Under the pieces are notes generated by a model. The model worked only from the letters and a program-made list of their open reading frames with translations. It was not told where the DNA came from and ran no database searches. Positions 12,366 to 25,626 of a stretch of DNA of 64,000 nucleotides are shown one piece after another (position 1 is the stretch's first letter; every line of letters starts with the position of its first letter). The translations under genes and the position numbers were made by a program. The stretch is from assembly GCF_018350175.1 (NCBI RefSeq), contig NC_058368.1, positions 176,330,001 to 176,394,000 of the forward strand, given 5' to 3'. The DNA comes from Felis catus (taxonomy: Eukaryota).

Positions 12366-12571
12366 CAAGTTTCTAATGGCACTATTTACTTTGGGGACCA
12401 GAAAATTCTTTGTTGTGGGAGGGCTGTCCTGTGCAATGAAGGATGTTTATTTGCAGCCTCTTAGGCCTCCACCCATGAGACTCCAGTAGTACCCTTTCCT
12501 TCCTGTCGTGACAACCAAACGTTGTCAAGTGTCTCCGGGGGGTAAAAACTGCCCCCAGTTAAGAACCGCTG
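12366..12571. mobile_element. MER20-like hAT-Charlie DNA transposon remnant
   Basis: attctttgttgtgggagggctgtcctgtgca...gtgacaacca...cccagttaagaaccgctg resembles MER20. Confidence 0.7.
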
Positions 12572-13093
12572 CAGTAGGGGGGATGACAATGAATGCCACC
12601 TGTATGCTGTACTTCCTAACTCCCGGCCACACGATCAAATGCAATAACCAGGACAAAACAGCTTACATAGCACACTCTCTGTACCAGGTGGGGCTTGAGT
12701 ACTTTGTGCCTCCCTCCTCCCTGCATCCCCAGGCCAACCCTAGGAAGTACTACTCTGACGCAAATATTACCACCAAGGAAACTGAGGCACAGAGACATTG
12801 GATCACCGGTCCAATACCACAGTGATTAGTGGGTCAAACTTGGGAGTCTGCACTCTTAACAGGACGCTCCGCTGCTTCTCAGTCACGAAACTCTCCACCT
12901 AACTGAATTCCTATCTTTGCTTGTGCCAGAACTCCACCTGTGACACATCAAAATAATGCTCTGTTTTACTCAAAATTTCCTGGCCTGCCTATTGGTTGCT
13001 TTCTGGTTGCATAATAGAATCAAAGTATGGATGATGGAAGATAAAAGAACTTCAGAGGAGATTTGCAAGGCAACTTTAAATGAATTTTTCCTC

Positions 13094-13307
13094 GTGGGTG
13101 GCTCAGTTGGTTGAGTGTCCCGACTTCGGCTCAGCTCATGATCTCACAGCTTGTGAGTTCGAGCCCTGCGTCGGGCTCTGTGCTGACAGCTCGGAGCCTG
13201 GAGCCTGCTTCGCATTCTGTGTCTCCCTCTCTCTCTGCCCCCTAGCCCACTCGCATTCTGTCTCTGTCTCTCTCAAAAATAAACAAACATTAAAAAAATT
13301 TCTTTTG
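13094..13307 (+). mobile_element. SINEC_Fc-like SINE (slightly 5'-truncated)
   Basis: Starts gtgggtggctcagttggttgag; TSD atg(a/t)atttttcctc. Confidence 0.9.
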
Positions 13308-16300
13308 ATGTATTTTTCCTCTTGAGCACATACTTTATGCCACTCCTAAGAGCCAATACCACCCATCACCCAGTGTGCCACTCTTGAGTCACGTACCCAT
13401 GGCGCCCAGACAAGGAAATAACTTTTCCAAGGTCACACAGCGAGCGGGTGGCACAGCGAGGTCTGTCTGCCTCCGGAGCTCGCACTCTTTCCCCCATGCC
13501 ACATGCAAGAAGCACTTAAATGACCACAGGACTCCGAAGAAGCCCAGAGGAACAGTCCTAGAGGGCCCCCTGACACTGCCCCGGAGGCACCACTGGGTGG
13601 CTGGCCCGCCACTGACGCTCAACCGCTGGAGGACTCTGAGAGACGGCAGTGACTTAATGGATCCTCTGGTGCCAAGTGCGGGAGGCCAGGAGACACGGCG
13701 GAGGTGAGAGGGAAGTGCAGATCGAACCAGTGTTTATTTTTAAAATGATATTTCCACAAGATGAGCTAAGCAGAGGCCTGTGAGGCCCAAGACAGAGCAG
13801 GTCTGTACGGATGGGCTCTAAGTAGAGCAGCTGGCATTCCAGTAATAACAGCCCAAGAAACCAGAGCAGCCCCCCAGGGAGTGAAGAGGATGGGGGGCGC
13901 TAGGGGGATTATTATGAAGTGTTTTCAGCAGGCGGGGCCTCTCCCTGCCAGCCTCAGAGCATGACGCAGGGCCACTTTTCAAGGAAGATGACGGCAGGGG
14001 AGCTGGTTTATTTCGGTAGACTGGATCAGATGATAGGAGATTTTACACCACAAAATGCTTTTAGAGCTTGGGTCAGAGAAGAGGAAAATGTGACTTAAGT
14101 GCAATGGAGCAAATAATAAAAACAAAAAAACCACACACACACACACACACACCCTATATCCGCACACACGCTTTGGAACCCAAGCGTGCCTATGATTCAC
14201 ATACACCTGGCACCCAGTCTGAAGTCTCCAGGAGCAGGAGGAGACAGCACACGCATTGAGGTACAAGAAAACACACAGCTGCGGGGAAGCTGAGGCCCCG
14301 GGGCACGTAAGCTACTCGGCAACTAGCCCCATCAGAGTGAGCTGCCGTGAGCCTAGGGCTAAGGGGGCGCTGCAGTGAGGCCCCCTGGGTATCCCCCATT
14401 ACCCCCCACACAGCAGCACATCCCCCTTTATCCTACATCTGTTAAAGGTGCTCGTCACCGGTCCGATGAGGAGGGGGATTTCTGGCACATTCTGGGGCAG
14501 GGGGAGGCACCTCAAAAGCTGAAAGAAAAATCTAGCAGCCTGTTTGACGCTGGTATGGCCCCTGCCTTCAGGATTTTGCCATTAGCCTGCTCCGGCCTTC
14601 TTGACACGCTCACACTCATAGGTGGTGACTGGTATGAGGTGAAGCAGGGGTCACGAGGGAAGGGGTCCCGGGGCGCTCTCAGGCTGTGGTGCTCCCTGGA
14701 TTCCGACACGTGGGTGGCCACAGCGACCCTCAACACCAGGAGGTGACCACATCTGGACTCTCCGAGGAGGTGGCCAGTCTCAGCCATCTTGTGTCCCGGG
14801 AAGGCCACAGTCCCCAGTTCTGAAACAGGGAAATAAATGAAGCCACGAGGCTGCAGTGGACAGAATGTCTGTCTTGGGACTCAGGCCTTACATTGGTGGT
14901 GGCAAGGTGACAGGCTTCACCATACTGGTGGGGCAGATCTCAAGAACAGGCCAAGAAAAGGGCTGTTGAAAGGGCAGATGGTGGCCTGGCATCTCTCCGA
15001 CCCACGATGGGGGATGTGCCAAGATGCACACACATGGAGAAAAGTTTACATAAAGCCAATCATATGCATCCTCACTGTACATGGTGCAGGGGCCCTGAGC
15101 AGAGTGGGGTGGGGATGAAGCGCGTCCTGGGGAGTCTACCAGGGCCTTCCCTGCCATGGCAGCAGAAAGGTTCAGCCTTGGGAAGCCGAGCCGTGGCTGT
15201 CGCTTACTCTAGCCATGGGAGAGCCATTCTGGGCCTCGTTTTCATCTACGACACGGGAAAACCACCCCTAGCTTGCCAATTGTCGTACTGCAGGAGATGC
15301 CCCTGGAGCTCCCAGCGCTTAGTAGGTGCTCAGTAAACAATACCTAATCTTTCAACTGACTGGAAGGCTCTGACCTTGTTGCTAGATCTGAGATTTTCTA
15401 AATCTTCTGAGACCCACTCTAAGAACCGCAACGGGTAAAATACCACTTACTCCTCAGAGCAACCCTTTGGGTCTCAATTTCCTTTTTTTCTAACTGGCTC
15501 TTTTACCAAAAGAACAAGCCCATTCATGGAAAGACAGGACAGCAAAGGTGTCCCTGGCACCACATGCAGATTCTTTGCAGTTGCCCAGGTCCTAAGCACT
15601 TCAAGGGCCCATTCTACAGATGGGGTAGCTGAGATCTTGACAGGATATTCCCTCAAGCACATGCCAAGAAGTGTTTGTGATGAAGCATATCCCTCAGGGG
15701 GCAGAGTACCTAAGCCGGAGGTTATTTCCATTCTCTGGCCAGTCAGGGAGCTCTTCACATCTGCCCAGGGCTCTAGGTCAAGCACAAACACCAAGAAGAT
15801 ATCAGAAGCACCTGATACAAAGGTATTTCTGGTTGGGGCCCCTCCTGTCGTGTGCCCTTGCATCATCCTTACTTCCCGTACCTCAGTTTCCTTCCTTTAA
15901 AAAAACGGGAAGGCTAATCCTCACCCCTCAGGACAGCTATCAGACCGAACGAGTGTTTGTGTTACGCACACAGCCGTGAATGTTCCCTTGGTCCCTCACC
16001 GCTGCCATGTTCTTGTACCTCCGGACCAGGCCCTGGGGCAGTGGGGGTGGTGAAGGAGCAGGGCCACTGAGCCAGAAAGGGCCACTAGACCCAGCACATG
16101 CAACCCCACTCTGGTCAGCAGCCCTGGCTCCAGAAATGGAAACAAGGACAATTCGATATCCAGGCCCCAGTGAGTCTGAGAGGAGCGCATTACTTTGTTT
16201 TCATCAGAAGTCCTCAATAACATGCCCCTTTGTTCTTTAGCAGAGATTTCCTGTGGTTTCACCAGCTTCCCAGCCTCCTGCTATGGCTAGAATGAAGTCA

Positions 16301-16322
16301 GTTTCTCTACCTTGAAAAGAAG

Positions 16323-16323
<1 letters not shown>

Positions 16324-16354
<31 letters not shown>
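16324..16354. repeat. (TG)15 microsatellite
   Basis: Direct reading. Confidence 0.95.
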
Positions 16355-16356
<2 letters not shown>

Positions 16357-19300
16357 CCCTTACATTTTAATTATGGCTCTTAATTCCTTACAATATGGAA
16401 AGGACGCGTTCTAACCGCACTGGCTGGAGAGCTGAATCCCTCCGTTGTTCCACCAGCACTAATGCTTTCCCGATCCATCGTCCCTCCCCTGCATTTTCTT
16501 TTCCACAGTGGGCAACGGAGGAGCACAACACATACCAACACGGGGGTGGGGGGTGGAGACTGCGGGCTCTGGAGGAAACATTCCTGCGGTCCGACGCCAG
16601 CTCTGCCACTCTGGCCAGGAAAGCCAGGTTACCCACCCCCCCCCGCCCGCGAGCCTCGGTTTCTCCCATCTGTAAAATGGGGCCCCCTGTGAGGACCAGG
16701 ATGGCCTCTGTCTGGCTGTCTGCTGTACCTCGAGTGCCTGCGAACTGTTCATTCACTTCCCCCGTGCAGTCAGCATTGCTTGAAAAGCTTGTGGAAAAGG
16801 CCCAGAATGAGGAAATAAATAATGAATCGGAGTCCCATCAGATGCTGGTGGCGGCAGACAGACTGGAGCCGTGGATGAGAACACCAAAGCTGTGGCTACG
16901 CAGGGGTGGGGGCTGTCGCAGAAGGGAAGCTGATGACTGGGCCCTGGAAAAGTGGGGGAGGAGAGGGTGTGGTGGTCTCCATCCCCTGGTGTCACGCCTG
17001 CCGGACCCTCCACTCCCACCCTCTAGCACAGGAGCCTGGTGGGGGAACAGAGCCCTCTCCCCCCTGCCCCGTTCTTACAATGGCTGAAGCTGCAAAATAC
17101 TCCCCCTCCCCCCCCCGGCAAAAAAAAAAAACCCACCTTGGTTGAGCACCTACTGTGGGCCAGGCCTGAGACGGCATTTTCTTCTGCCTTCTCATGCAAT
17201 CTTTGCAACTACTCGGGGAAATGGCGTGATCCCCATTTCACAGATGGGGAAGAAGAGGCTCAGAGAGGGACTGGCCTGTTCAAGGTCACACAACTACCAA
17301 ATAGGCGAGGGTGATGAGAATCAGGTCAGGAAGGCTGCGAAGGGCCTGCTTTTTTCTGTTAGACCACCGTAATTTACCCGCAACCTGAAGGCTCCTCTCA
17401 GTCCCTGCCTTCACGCGTGAATGGCTTTTTCTCAGTTAAGTCTTATCAAATGTCCTGAAGTAAGGGGACCCCATCAATGAAGTTTAGGAAGTAAGCTGTG
17501 TGGCTGTAAAAATAAGTACGGTTTCTAAAAGGGAGCTCGCTCCATTCTGCTATTCCTTTTACGTCTCAGAATCTGCCTTCAAAAAGCGAGCACCAGGAAC
17601 TTCTGCTGCAACCGAGATATCTGTGTTCAGACCCAGTTGGAGCAATCTGTCCCTGGTACACAACCTTCTGGAAGAGCTAGCTCTGCTCAAATGTCTGGAA
17701 GGATCTGAACCAAAGTTTTTGTCCCCCACCCACACACATTTCCAGCCCTCAATAACTGAGCTGCTAATGTGGATTCTGTTCCGTTCCTCAGATAATGGGA
17801 ACTTGTGCTATGGGCATGGACCAAGGCGTGCACCCCTCCATTGGTTTGCTCATTGTTTGACACCTATTTATCACCTGCCTGCACTGTCCCAGGTCTGGAG
17901 ACCAGAGATGACGAAGGCCCCGCCCTGCCTTCCTGGAGCTCATGGTCCGGGGAAGAGAGATACTTCAAGGGAAGTCTGAGTAGGCGAGATTCAGACCCAG
18001 CTACAAAGCTGGTCTCTTCCCAACTCATATTGCCTTAGTGGGTAAAACCTCCTCAGTTTTAAGTTTGTCTCTTCTCAGTTGTTTTTACTGTCTCCCTCCC
18101 CCCCCACACCCGAGTATCTAATGCCTTTTGTCTATGGCAAATCCTCATAGGCATCCCAACAGATGAGTGACAGGTAATCAGATTTGGGCAGGAAAATTTG
18201 CAAGTCACCAGCCAACCAGTCTCAGATGGACAGTTTACATGTGGGTGGTGGTGTTGTTTTAATGATTTGTGTGCATGACTGTGATTTTATCACTCATGCT
18301 CACGACGTCGCCTTGTTTCCTGCTATCACATTTCTTCCTGATTCCCAGTATGGAGTCACTGTATCAAAAGATCCTGGTGTCCTATCAAGGGCTTCATGGT
18401 TTCTGGGGACTCTGTTCCTGGGACATCCTGAAGAGCCTTTGTTTTGGAAGGCAGAGGCTCCCAAGCTAGTGGCAGTGGTGGGGGTGGGGTGGGCGATGTG
18501 GCAGAAACAGGCTCTGGAGTCAGGTCCCAGCTTTGCCATTTACTGGCTGTGCCCCGGCACGGTTTCTTTAACTCTCTGGGCCTCAGTTAATTCGTACATA
18601 AAACAAGAATGATCTCTACCTTGGAGGGCTGCCGGGAAAGTTGAAGGAGATAATTATAGAATTACCCAGTAACGGTAGATGCTTAATAAGTGTAGCTATA
18701 GGATCCCTTCTTCAAACAGCCGTCCCTCGTATATTTCTGGGTATCGACATCCAGGCTAGGCCCTGTGCTGGATGCGGGGGACACTGAGGGGAAACAGACT
18801 TGGGGCTCATCATAATCAGGCCTGGCAAGTACAAAGTACAATCTAAAGTTTGGGGAATTATTTCGCTGGCAAGGAGCACCTTGAGGCCAGGGATTACGTC
18901 GAATGCAGCCACTGAATTGCCATCACCAACTGGTCATTTCTGGTGGGCAAAAACTGTCATGGCCAAACTGATCCAAGTTGATACTTTTTGACTTCTGGCT
19001 GTTCCTCCCTGACAGAATAAAACACACAGGGAAAGCGACGTGACGCTTCTGAAGTCATCCAATCTGTCACCACAGCCCACTTGAAGGCAATCCCAAAAAA
19101 GGGGCTTCGACAAGTGGCAGGGGCAGGGGACAAATGTGCGTGTGTGGGAGGGGGTGCTTTGAAGGGGATCACTTGCATGTTGTTAAAAAACATCTGTTTA
19201 TTCCGTTAGTGGTGACATTTTCTGGAATGGCACAAAGGGGAAGTCTGAGCAAGGTGCCCTGGGTGCCCAGAGAGAGAAGCCCCAGGCAGCCTGATGGGGA

Positions 19301-21361
19301 CTTCCAGGAGGAAGGACCCTCCTCTGTTCGGGCTCAGGATGTCCAGCTCCTTTCCAGACCGTGAGACCCTGGAGGAGCGACCTCGGATAAGCTGGGGACT
19401 TGATAGGTACAAATGCATCGGGGAGGCCCCACCCGCCCCTCCCCGCCCCACCCACACCCCCTTGAACTACACCCCACCTCATTCCAGCCCACCCACAGCT
19501 GCCCCTGCAGCCCTGCAGCCGCCACATGACGACATCCTGGCCTCTGGCCTAAGCCCTCTCTTAAGCAGCCCCTGTGAGGAGCTATTTGCAGAGGCCCCCA
19601 TTTGGGGCTTGGGGGCTTGGCACACAAGTGTTTGATTTTAAAAAGAGAGAAAGAGAAGTCACAGCAGGTGCCTCCACTTCCATCCTGGCCCCACCCCACC
19701 CTGCTAGGGCTCCCGGGGGTCTTTGTGCTGTGTGTGTCTGCCTGTGAGCGTCATCCCCACATCTGCCGCCTCGTGACAAGGGGCTTTGAAGCTCCACAAT
19801 GACGCCATCTGCCAGGGACAGCCGGTTGGCTCACTTGGGGCTGACCCCATGGTTGCCGGGACGACCATGATGGTGGTGCGGGGCCACCAGGCTAACGATG
19901 TCAGGAAGTCCCCTGCAGCATGGTCCGTGCTCCGGCGGAGGCGGATGGGACAGAGATGGAAGAGACGCTGATGGCCAAAGGCAGGAGGAGAAGGCAATGG
20001 GGTCATGGAGGTGTCTGGCCTCTGAGTCAGATGGACGGGCTTTTCCCCTGTGACTTCTTGGGACCTCCAGCTCTTAGAAGTCCACCCGCGTCAAAAGGGG
20101 CCACACGGCCTTCACAAAACACGCTAAGCGGGGCGCCTCTGCACATACTACTCCCTGTGCTAAGACCCTCTCTCCTTCACCCACCAGTCTAGAAGATGTC
20201 TCTGCATCCTTCATCCCTGGGTTTCCTTCCCCAAATTTTCCGAACGGAAGGGAGTCTTTGCTACCACAGTGCCCGGTGCATAGCTTCAGTGGAGCCCCTG
20301 CTGGGTGGGCTTCCATTCTCTGCGTGCCCGCCCCTCTTCCCCACCAGCCGGGAGCAGCTTGAGGGCAGGGATGAAGTCAAATTCGGCTCTCGCCATTGCC
20401 GGGCACAGGGACTGGCGTGTGGTCAATGCTGGCAAAAGTTTAGCACATAAATGAAGTCGCTTCGTTTCTCAGCCACCTGCCAAGGGGTTTTCACACTTGG
20501 AGCCTCAGCCATCTGGCACGTAGGAGCAAATAAGAAGGGGACATGAAGATCCTTCTAGACCCTACAGTAAGACATGGGCACAGGGGTTTCTCTGCCACTG
20601 TCAATGCCGTAGCCCCAGGGCCTCAGAGAAGCAGACCACATCTGCACAAACGTACCTACCTGTGTTGTAGTTTCTTACTCTGGGTATGCAGTAAGAGCAC
20701 TGGGGTAAAAGGAACAACTTGGGGTCCTACCCTGCGGGGCTTTGGGTAAAACCGCTTGCTCACAAGTTCCCGGGCTTTGGGGTCAAAGGGTTTGCGCCTG
20801 ACCCCGCCAGCAGCTGGCCCAATCTACCTTCGTACCGGATAGTGCATGCAGGACCCCTAGCTGTGCATCCCCTCAGTCTCTATTGTGCTAGTCTGATAGG
20901 ACCAAGTTGGGTCTGGTATTTTGAATCAAATTCCTCCAGTTTCTAGGGAACTTGGGCACCTTTTCATGGCCAGTATGGTCTCTTCTACGAATGCTCAAGT
21001 CCTCACCCATTTTTCTTCATGGTCGCTTAACTTTTTCTTACTGGTCTGTAGGAATTCTTTATATATAAATTCTGAAGATTACTCCTGTCTCGTATGTGTG
21101 ATGAATACCTTTTTCCAATCTGTGTTGAGTGTCTTAGCTTTCTGTTAGGTGCCCTCTGCTGATTGAAAGTTCCGCGTTTTGTGGAGTCCGAGAATGTTGT
21201 GAGGCTCCTAAAAGCACTAGGGTTCTGACACCCTTTGTACCCACATGGCATTCTAGAAGGCAAAAAGCTTCCATTTGATGATCTCCTTTGAGCCCCATGA
21301 GGCCTGGGAGGCAGGGAGAGCAAGAACTGTTATTCCTTTTTAATGGATTATAAGACAGAGA

Positions 21362-21770
21362 TGTTGTTGTGGACATCGGACCTTTTTGCCTCTTAGTATC
21401 CACCCCTCTGTTTTCTAGTAACTGACCCCTGATTTTTCTCTTGGGGAGTCCCATCCCCTCATAATGTTTGTCTTCTTCATCTGGCTGGGGTCAGCGGGCT
21501 GGAAGTCCTTTCATTCTTTAGGCCACAAGGCTGGCATGGGAATGAAGCAGGGCCAGTGACAGGACTCAGGTCGAATTACTGAGAAAGAGGCACTTTCTAT
21601 GAGTGAATTCTATTTGAAAATGAAGCCGGTACGGAGGAAAGCAGGATTAAAAAAAAAGCCTATTCTAGACAATATTTGTGCCTGGATACAGCCATGCCTG
21701 AGGCTTACTTACCCCTCAAGCCAGCTGGACGTGGGGCTGTCTTTTCTGTAACAGAGTCCCGACTAATACA
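21362..21770 (+). mobile_element. MLT1-type (ERVL-MaLR) solo LTR, old
   Basis: Starts TGTTGTTGTGG and ends ...gtcccgactaataCA, with an internal ccagccatgcctgag-like motif. Confidence 0.5.
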
Positions 21771-22593
21771 AACCTAGTGGGAGCCAGAAATGAAAGATCC
21801 GGGACTAAGACCCCTGATCTTCAATCATTATTAAAAGTATAAAGAGGTACAAGGGGAGAAGGGCCTCTTAGTCTCAGTTTCCAAATCTGTGAGGTAGGGA
21901 TAATCACCCCATCTCTCCCACCTCCGCTGCCTCTGGCTTACCAAACATCTCCGGGCCACCTGGCTGAAGCAGGATGCTGCGAGCCTGCTTTTCTGCCCCC
22001 AAGGACACTTTGAATGGAAGGCCAGGCAACAGTATACTTAATAGAAATACTCAGTATCAAAGAAAAATGACATCGGCCTGAAGCTGCTTCATAGAAAACT
22101 GGACTTGATGGAGGCAACGGCAAGAAAGAAAAGAAAAGAGAGAGGGTGAGAGAGAAAGAAAGGGAGGAAGGAAGAGAGAAAATAAAGAGAAGAGAATGCG
22201 AGCAGGAAAGAAAGAAAAAACCTGACAATATCAGCAGTTATAGTTGGAAAATAGACATGGGAAAAAAAGGAGTTAAACCTTTGCTGTAAATTTTCCACAG
22301 AAAAGGATAAACCCTGCTAAACCCATAAAAAAAAAAAAAAAACTGGAGAAAATCACAAACATCTAATTGACCCATATAAAAACCTGCTTAACAAACTAAA
22401 TAGACTTAGTGATAAACCTCTTTGGAAAATATTTTCCGGATGACATGATTCTGATAACATTTCTAAACATCCTGGGGATCACAACCTCCTGTGTACAGCC
22501 TAGGATCCTAGCCCTGCAGGCTGCATCCCGTTCTTTGAGAACCAGGAGTGCTGCCGAGAGAAGGAGCCCACGGCAGGCGCCCCACCTACTCAC

Positions 22594-22716
22594 CGTGGTG
22601 ATGAACCTGTACAGAGGTTGCCGTCTCTCTGTGTATTTGACCGTGATGGGGCTAAGGTCATAGCGGAACCAGATGGCGGGAATGATGCGGCCTGTGTGGC
22701 TGTAGGCTACGTACTC
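22594..22716 (-). CDS. ERGIC1: ERGIC1 exon 9 (123 nt)
   Basis: cccCAG|GAG TAC GTA...ACC ACG|GTGAGT; encodes EYVAYSHTGRIIPAIWFRYDLSPITVKYTERRQPLYRFITT. Confidence 0.96.
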
Positions 22717-23105
22717 CTGGGGTGAAGGAAGAGAGAACGGGGATGTGAGAATCAGATGTATGAGCCATGTCTCCTGGTGGGTGGGGGTTGGAATGCAGAG
22801 GGTCCCCCGCCAACCCCTAAGAATGGGCTTTCTTCTCTTCCTCTTGCCTGGAGCCAGACTCTACCAGTTCGTCTCACCCCTTTTCCCAGAGGCTCTGCTC
22901 TCAGTGTCTGGATGGGCAACATTCCTGGGGACATTTTCAACCCTTTTGGCTGCTTGGAAATTGACCGTATGACCTATGGAAGCTGCACCAGAATCAGAGA
23001 GCAGAGATGTAAAAGGACAGGTGTGATTTGGGCTCCATCTGAGTAAAGGCCTACTTCCCCCTTTAACTCCTGGGTATGCAAAACCCATTCATTTACTCAT
23101 TGATT

Positions 23106-23317
23106 ATTATTTTTTTTAGGTTTATTTATTTTGAGATAGAGAGAGAACAAATGTGAGCGGGGAGGGGCAGAGAGAGAGGGAGACAGAAAATCCTAAACAG
23201 GCTCCGTGCTGTCAGTGCAGAGCCCCACACGGGGCTCGATCCCACGAACTGTGAGATGATGACCTGAGCCCAAATCGAGAGTCAGATGCCCAGCTGACTG
23301 AGTCACCCAGGCACCCC
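23106..23317 (-). mobile_element. Carnivore SINE
   Basis: Full body; perfect TSD tactcattgatt. Confidence 0.92.
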
Positions 23318-23613
23318 TACTCATTGATTGTTTACTGAGCACCCCTCCCATGTGCTGGCACCCCTGCTGGCTTCTGGGGACTCTAAGGGTGGTAAGCCCT
23401 GCCCCATCCCCAGAGCGGGTTGTCGGGGGAGGTAGGTATCACAATCTGGAAAGGATGCTGATGTAAAAGAGTATCTCCAATACCGTCACATTACGCACAC
23501 AGTGATACAGCGACATGGAGTGCTACAGGGCCAGGAACAAATGACCAATTCTCCCCAGGGTTTGTGGAAGGCTTAGTGAAGAGGGGGCATTCTAGGTCAC
23601 ACAGGACATCCTT

Positions 23614-23615
<2 letters not shown>

Positions 23616-23659
<44 letters not shown>
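23616..23659. repeat. (GT)22 microsatellite
   Basis: Direct reading. Confidence 0.95.
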
Positions 23660-23665
<6 letters not shown>

Positions 23666-25525
23666 TATGAGCATAAAGGCCATGTAGGGAGTGGGCTTCT
23701 TCAAAGAAGGAACACAAACTGCAAAGAGAGAGGGACCCTAAGACAAGGCTTCCTGAGACGGCACCTGGCTGGGTAGGATTAGAAGGCAGCTAGGAGCTGA
23801 ACTGATGTGTGTCCCCTCTGATCTGGGCATTTGCTGGACACTTCTGGGCTACTCTCATTCGTCTACAATAACTGTAGACTGGACTCGACCACAGGGGAAC
23901 CCCCAATCCCAAATGCTAGGCCCCAAGCTCTGAAGCTTCTCCAGGGATGATCCAAGACCACCCCCCCTCCTCCCCCCCACCCCCGCCCACTGATGGATTG
24001 CCATCGGCTCTGACAGGCACGGCCCTGTTTGTTCCCAGAGCAGGCTGGGGCCAAGGCCACAGAGAGAGCTGAGCAAGCTGTCCTGGCTGCTGGGCCTTTG
24101 CCAAAGCCTCGGGGGAAGGAGCCTTGGACAAAACAAGATGAGCTTTCTCCAGGGAGAGCTGATGGGGCAGGGTGACTGTCTGGGTCAAAGCCCAGAGATG
24201 AGGGATAGAGGAAAATAATGAAAAGTAGCAGCAGTAGGTACCATTTACCCAAAGCCTCCTTTGTGGACAAAGCAGTTTTCAAGACATCGCCTCATTGGAT
24301 GGCAATCTTATCAGGTGCACCATCCTCATTTCACAAATGAGTAAACAGAGGCATAGAGCAGTTGGGTGACTTGTCCCAGGCCATACAACTAGCAAGTGAC
24401 TGAGCCGGGTCTGAACCAGCAGTCTGCTCCAGCCCCACCTCTTCTGCTCAGACTGTGTCCACATTCTCCCAGCCACTGGATGTTGTCAGCACTTGACAGT
24501 TACAATGAGATGCCCTTCAAGAAACGGTGAGTGAAAGAAAGAGAACTCGCTTTGGAAAGTTACACCAGAACATCAGCACAGGGACCCCAGGTCGCCCGGG
24601 AGAGAGCAGCTCTCAGACCAACAGACTCAAGGGTCCCTGTTCAGACTGAGTGGGTGACGGGATCAAGATGCCAGGCTCTGGAGCCAAAGGAGAACCTTGT
24701 TCTAGTCCCCACTTGGCCACTTTGTAGCTCTATAACTACAACTCAGTGCCTCAGTGGCCAAATCTGTAAAATGGGGACAAACGGAGCTGTCACGGTGACT
24801 GAAAATGATGGTGGAGGTAGAGAGCTTAGCGTCACAGCTGACCCATAGCTAGTGCTCAGTAAATGGTAGCTACTACTCTATTATTATTAACTGAGCTAAA
24901 CAATGCATCACCTATAAGGGGTTTAGCAGCCCTGGAACAGAAGAAAAAGGAGAGTCCTGGTGATAAAGGGATCCACCGGGGGTGCCTCAACTAACATGTT
25001 TCAAGCATTCATGTTCATTGGCAGGGTCAACTCTGGGGAGGCCAGAAGCTGTCTCAGCTTGAAACAACTGTCAGTCACCCTACTCTGCTGGCTCTGACCA
25101 TGCTCTGCTGCCCACCAAGGCCTACCTACTTCTCCATGACTTTGAGTGCTGGGGTCCTAGGACGTTCCTGTTAACCGATGGCCAACTGGTATGATTCAAG
25201 GTCCTTGTGATCCTGGATAAAGTGCTTGTACCCTGAGAACCAGAGCATCTGTCGTGTGTTGACCTATCAGGATCCTGAGTCTAAAGGACTGGGGCCAGAT
25301 GCAAGGCTCTTTCTCAACAGATCACATCCTATGTCCTGGTTAGATTTCCTCCCTTTGACTCTGAGACTGGCCTCTCATCTTTACCCAGGGACAGAGCCTG
25401 GCCAGAGCAGCCACAGGAAAGGCCCCCAGATAGGACCCAGCGGGAATTCGCTCAGACACTTGTCGCCTCTGCTTTTGGCCAGCAGAGGGTGCAGTTGCAC
25501 GCAGCTGGGCCCACCAACTGAGTAC

Positions 25526-25626
25526 CTTGTTGGCCACCGTGTACTGGTAAGAGTACCGTTGCTTGCCGCTCTTGTCCTCGTAAACCGTGGGCACGATCTT
25601 CAAGATGTAGTCGTGGGAGGCGAGAG
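25526..25626 (-). CDS. ERGIC1: ERGIC1 exon 8 (101 nt)
   Basis: ctgcAG|CT CTC GCC...AAC AAG|GTACTC; encodes (P)LASHDYILKIVPTVYEDKSGKQRYSYQYTVANK. Confidence 0.96.

Noticed and set aside
13733..14012. Two sense AATAAA hexamers in intron 9
   Set aside because: No clear GU/U-rich downstream element and no identifiable alternative terminal exon upstream.
16395..17087. 230-aa plus-strand ORF in intron 9
   Set aside because: Runs through a MIR core (ASVSPICKMG); no splice or homology support.
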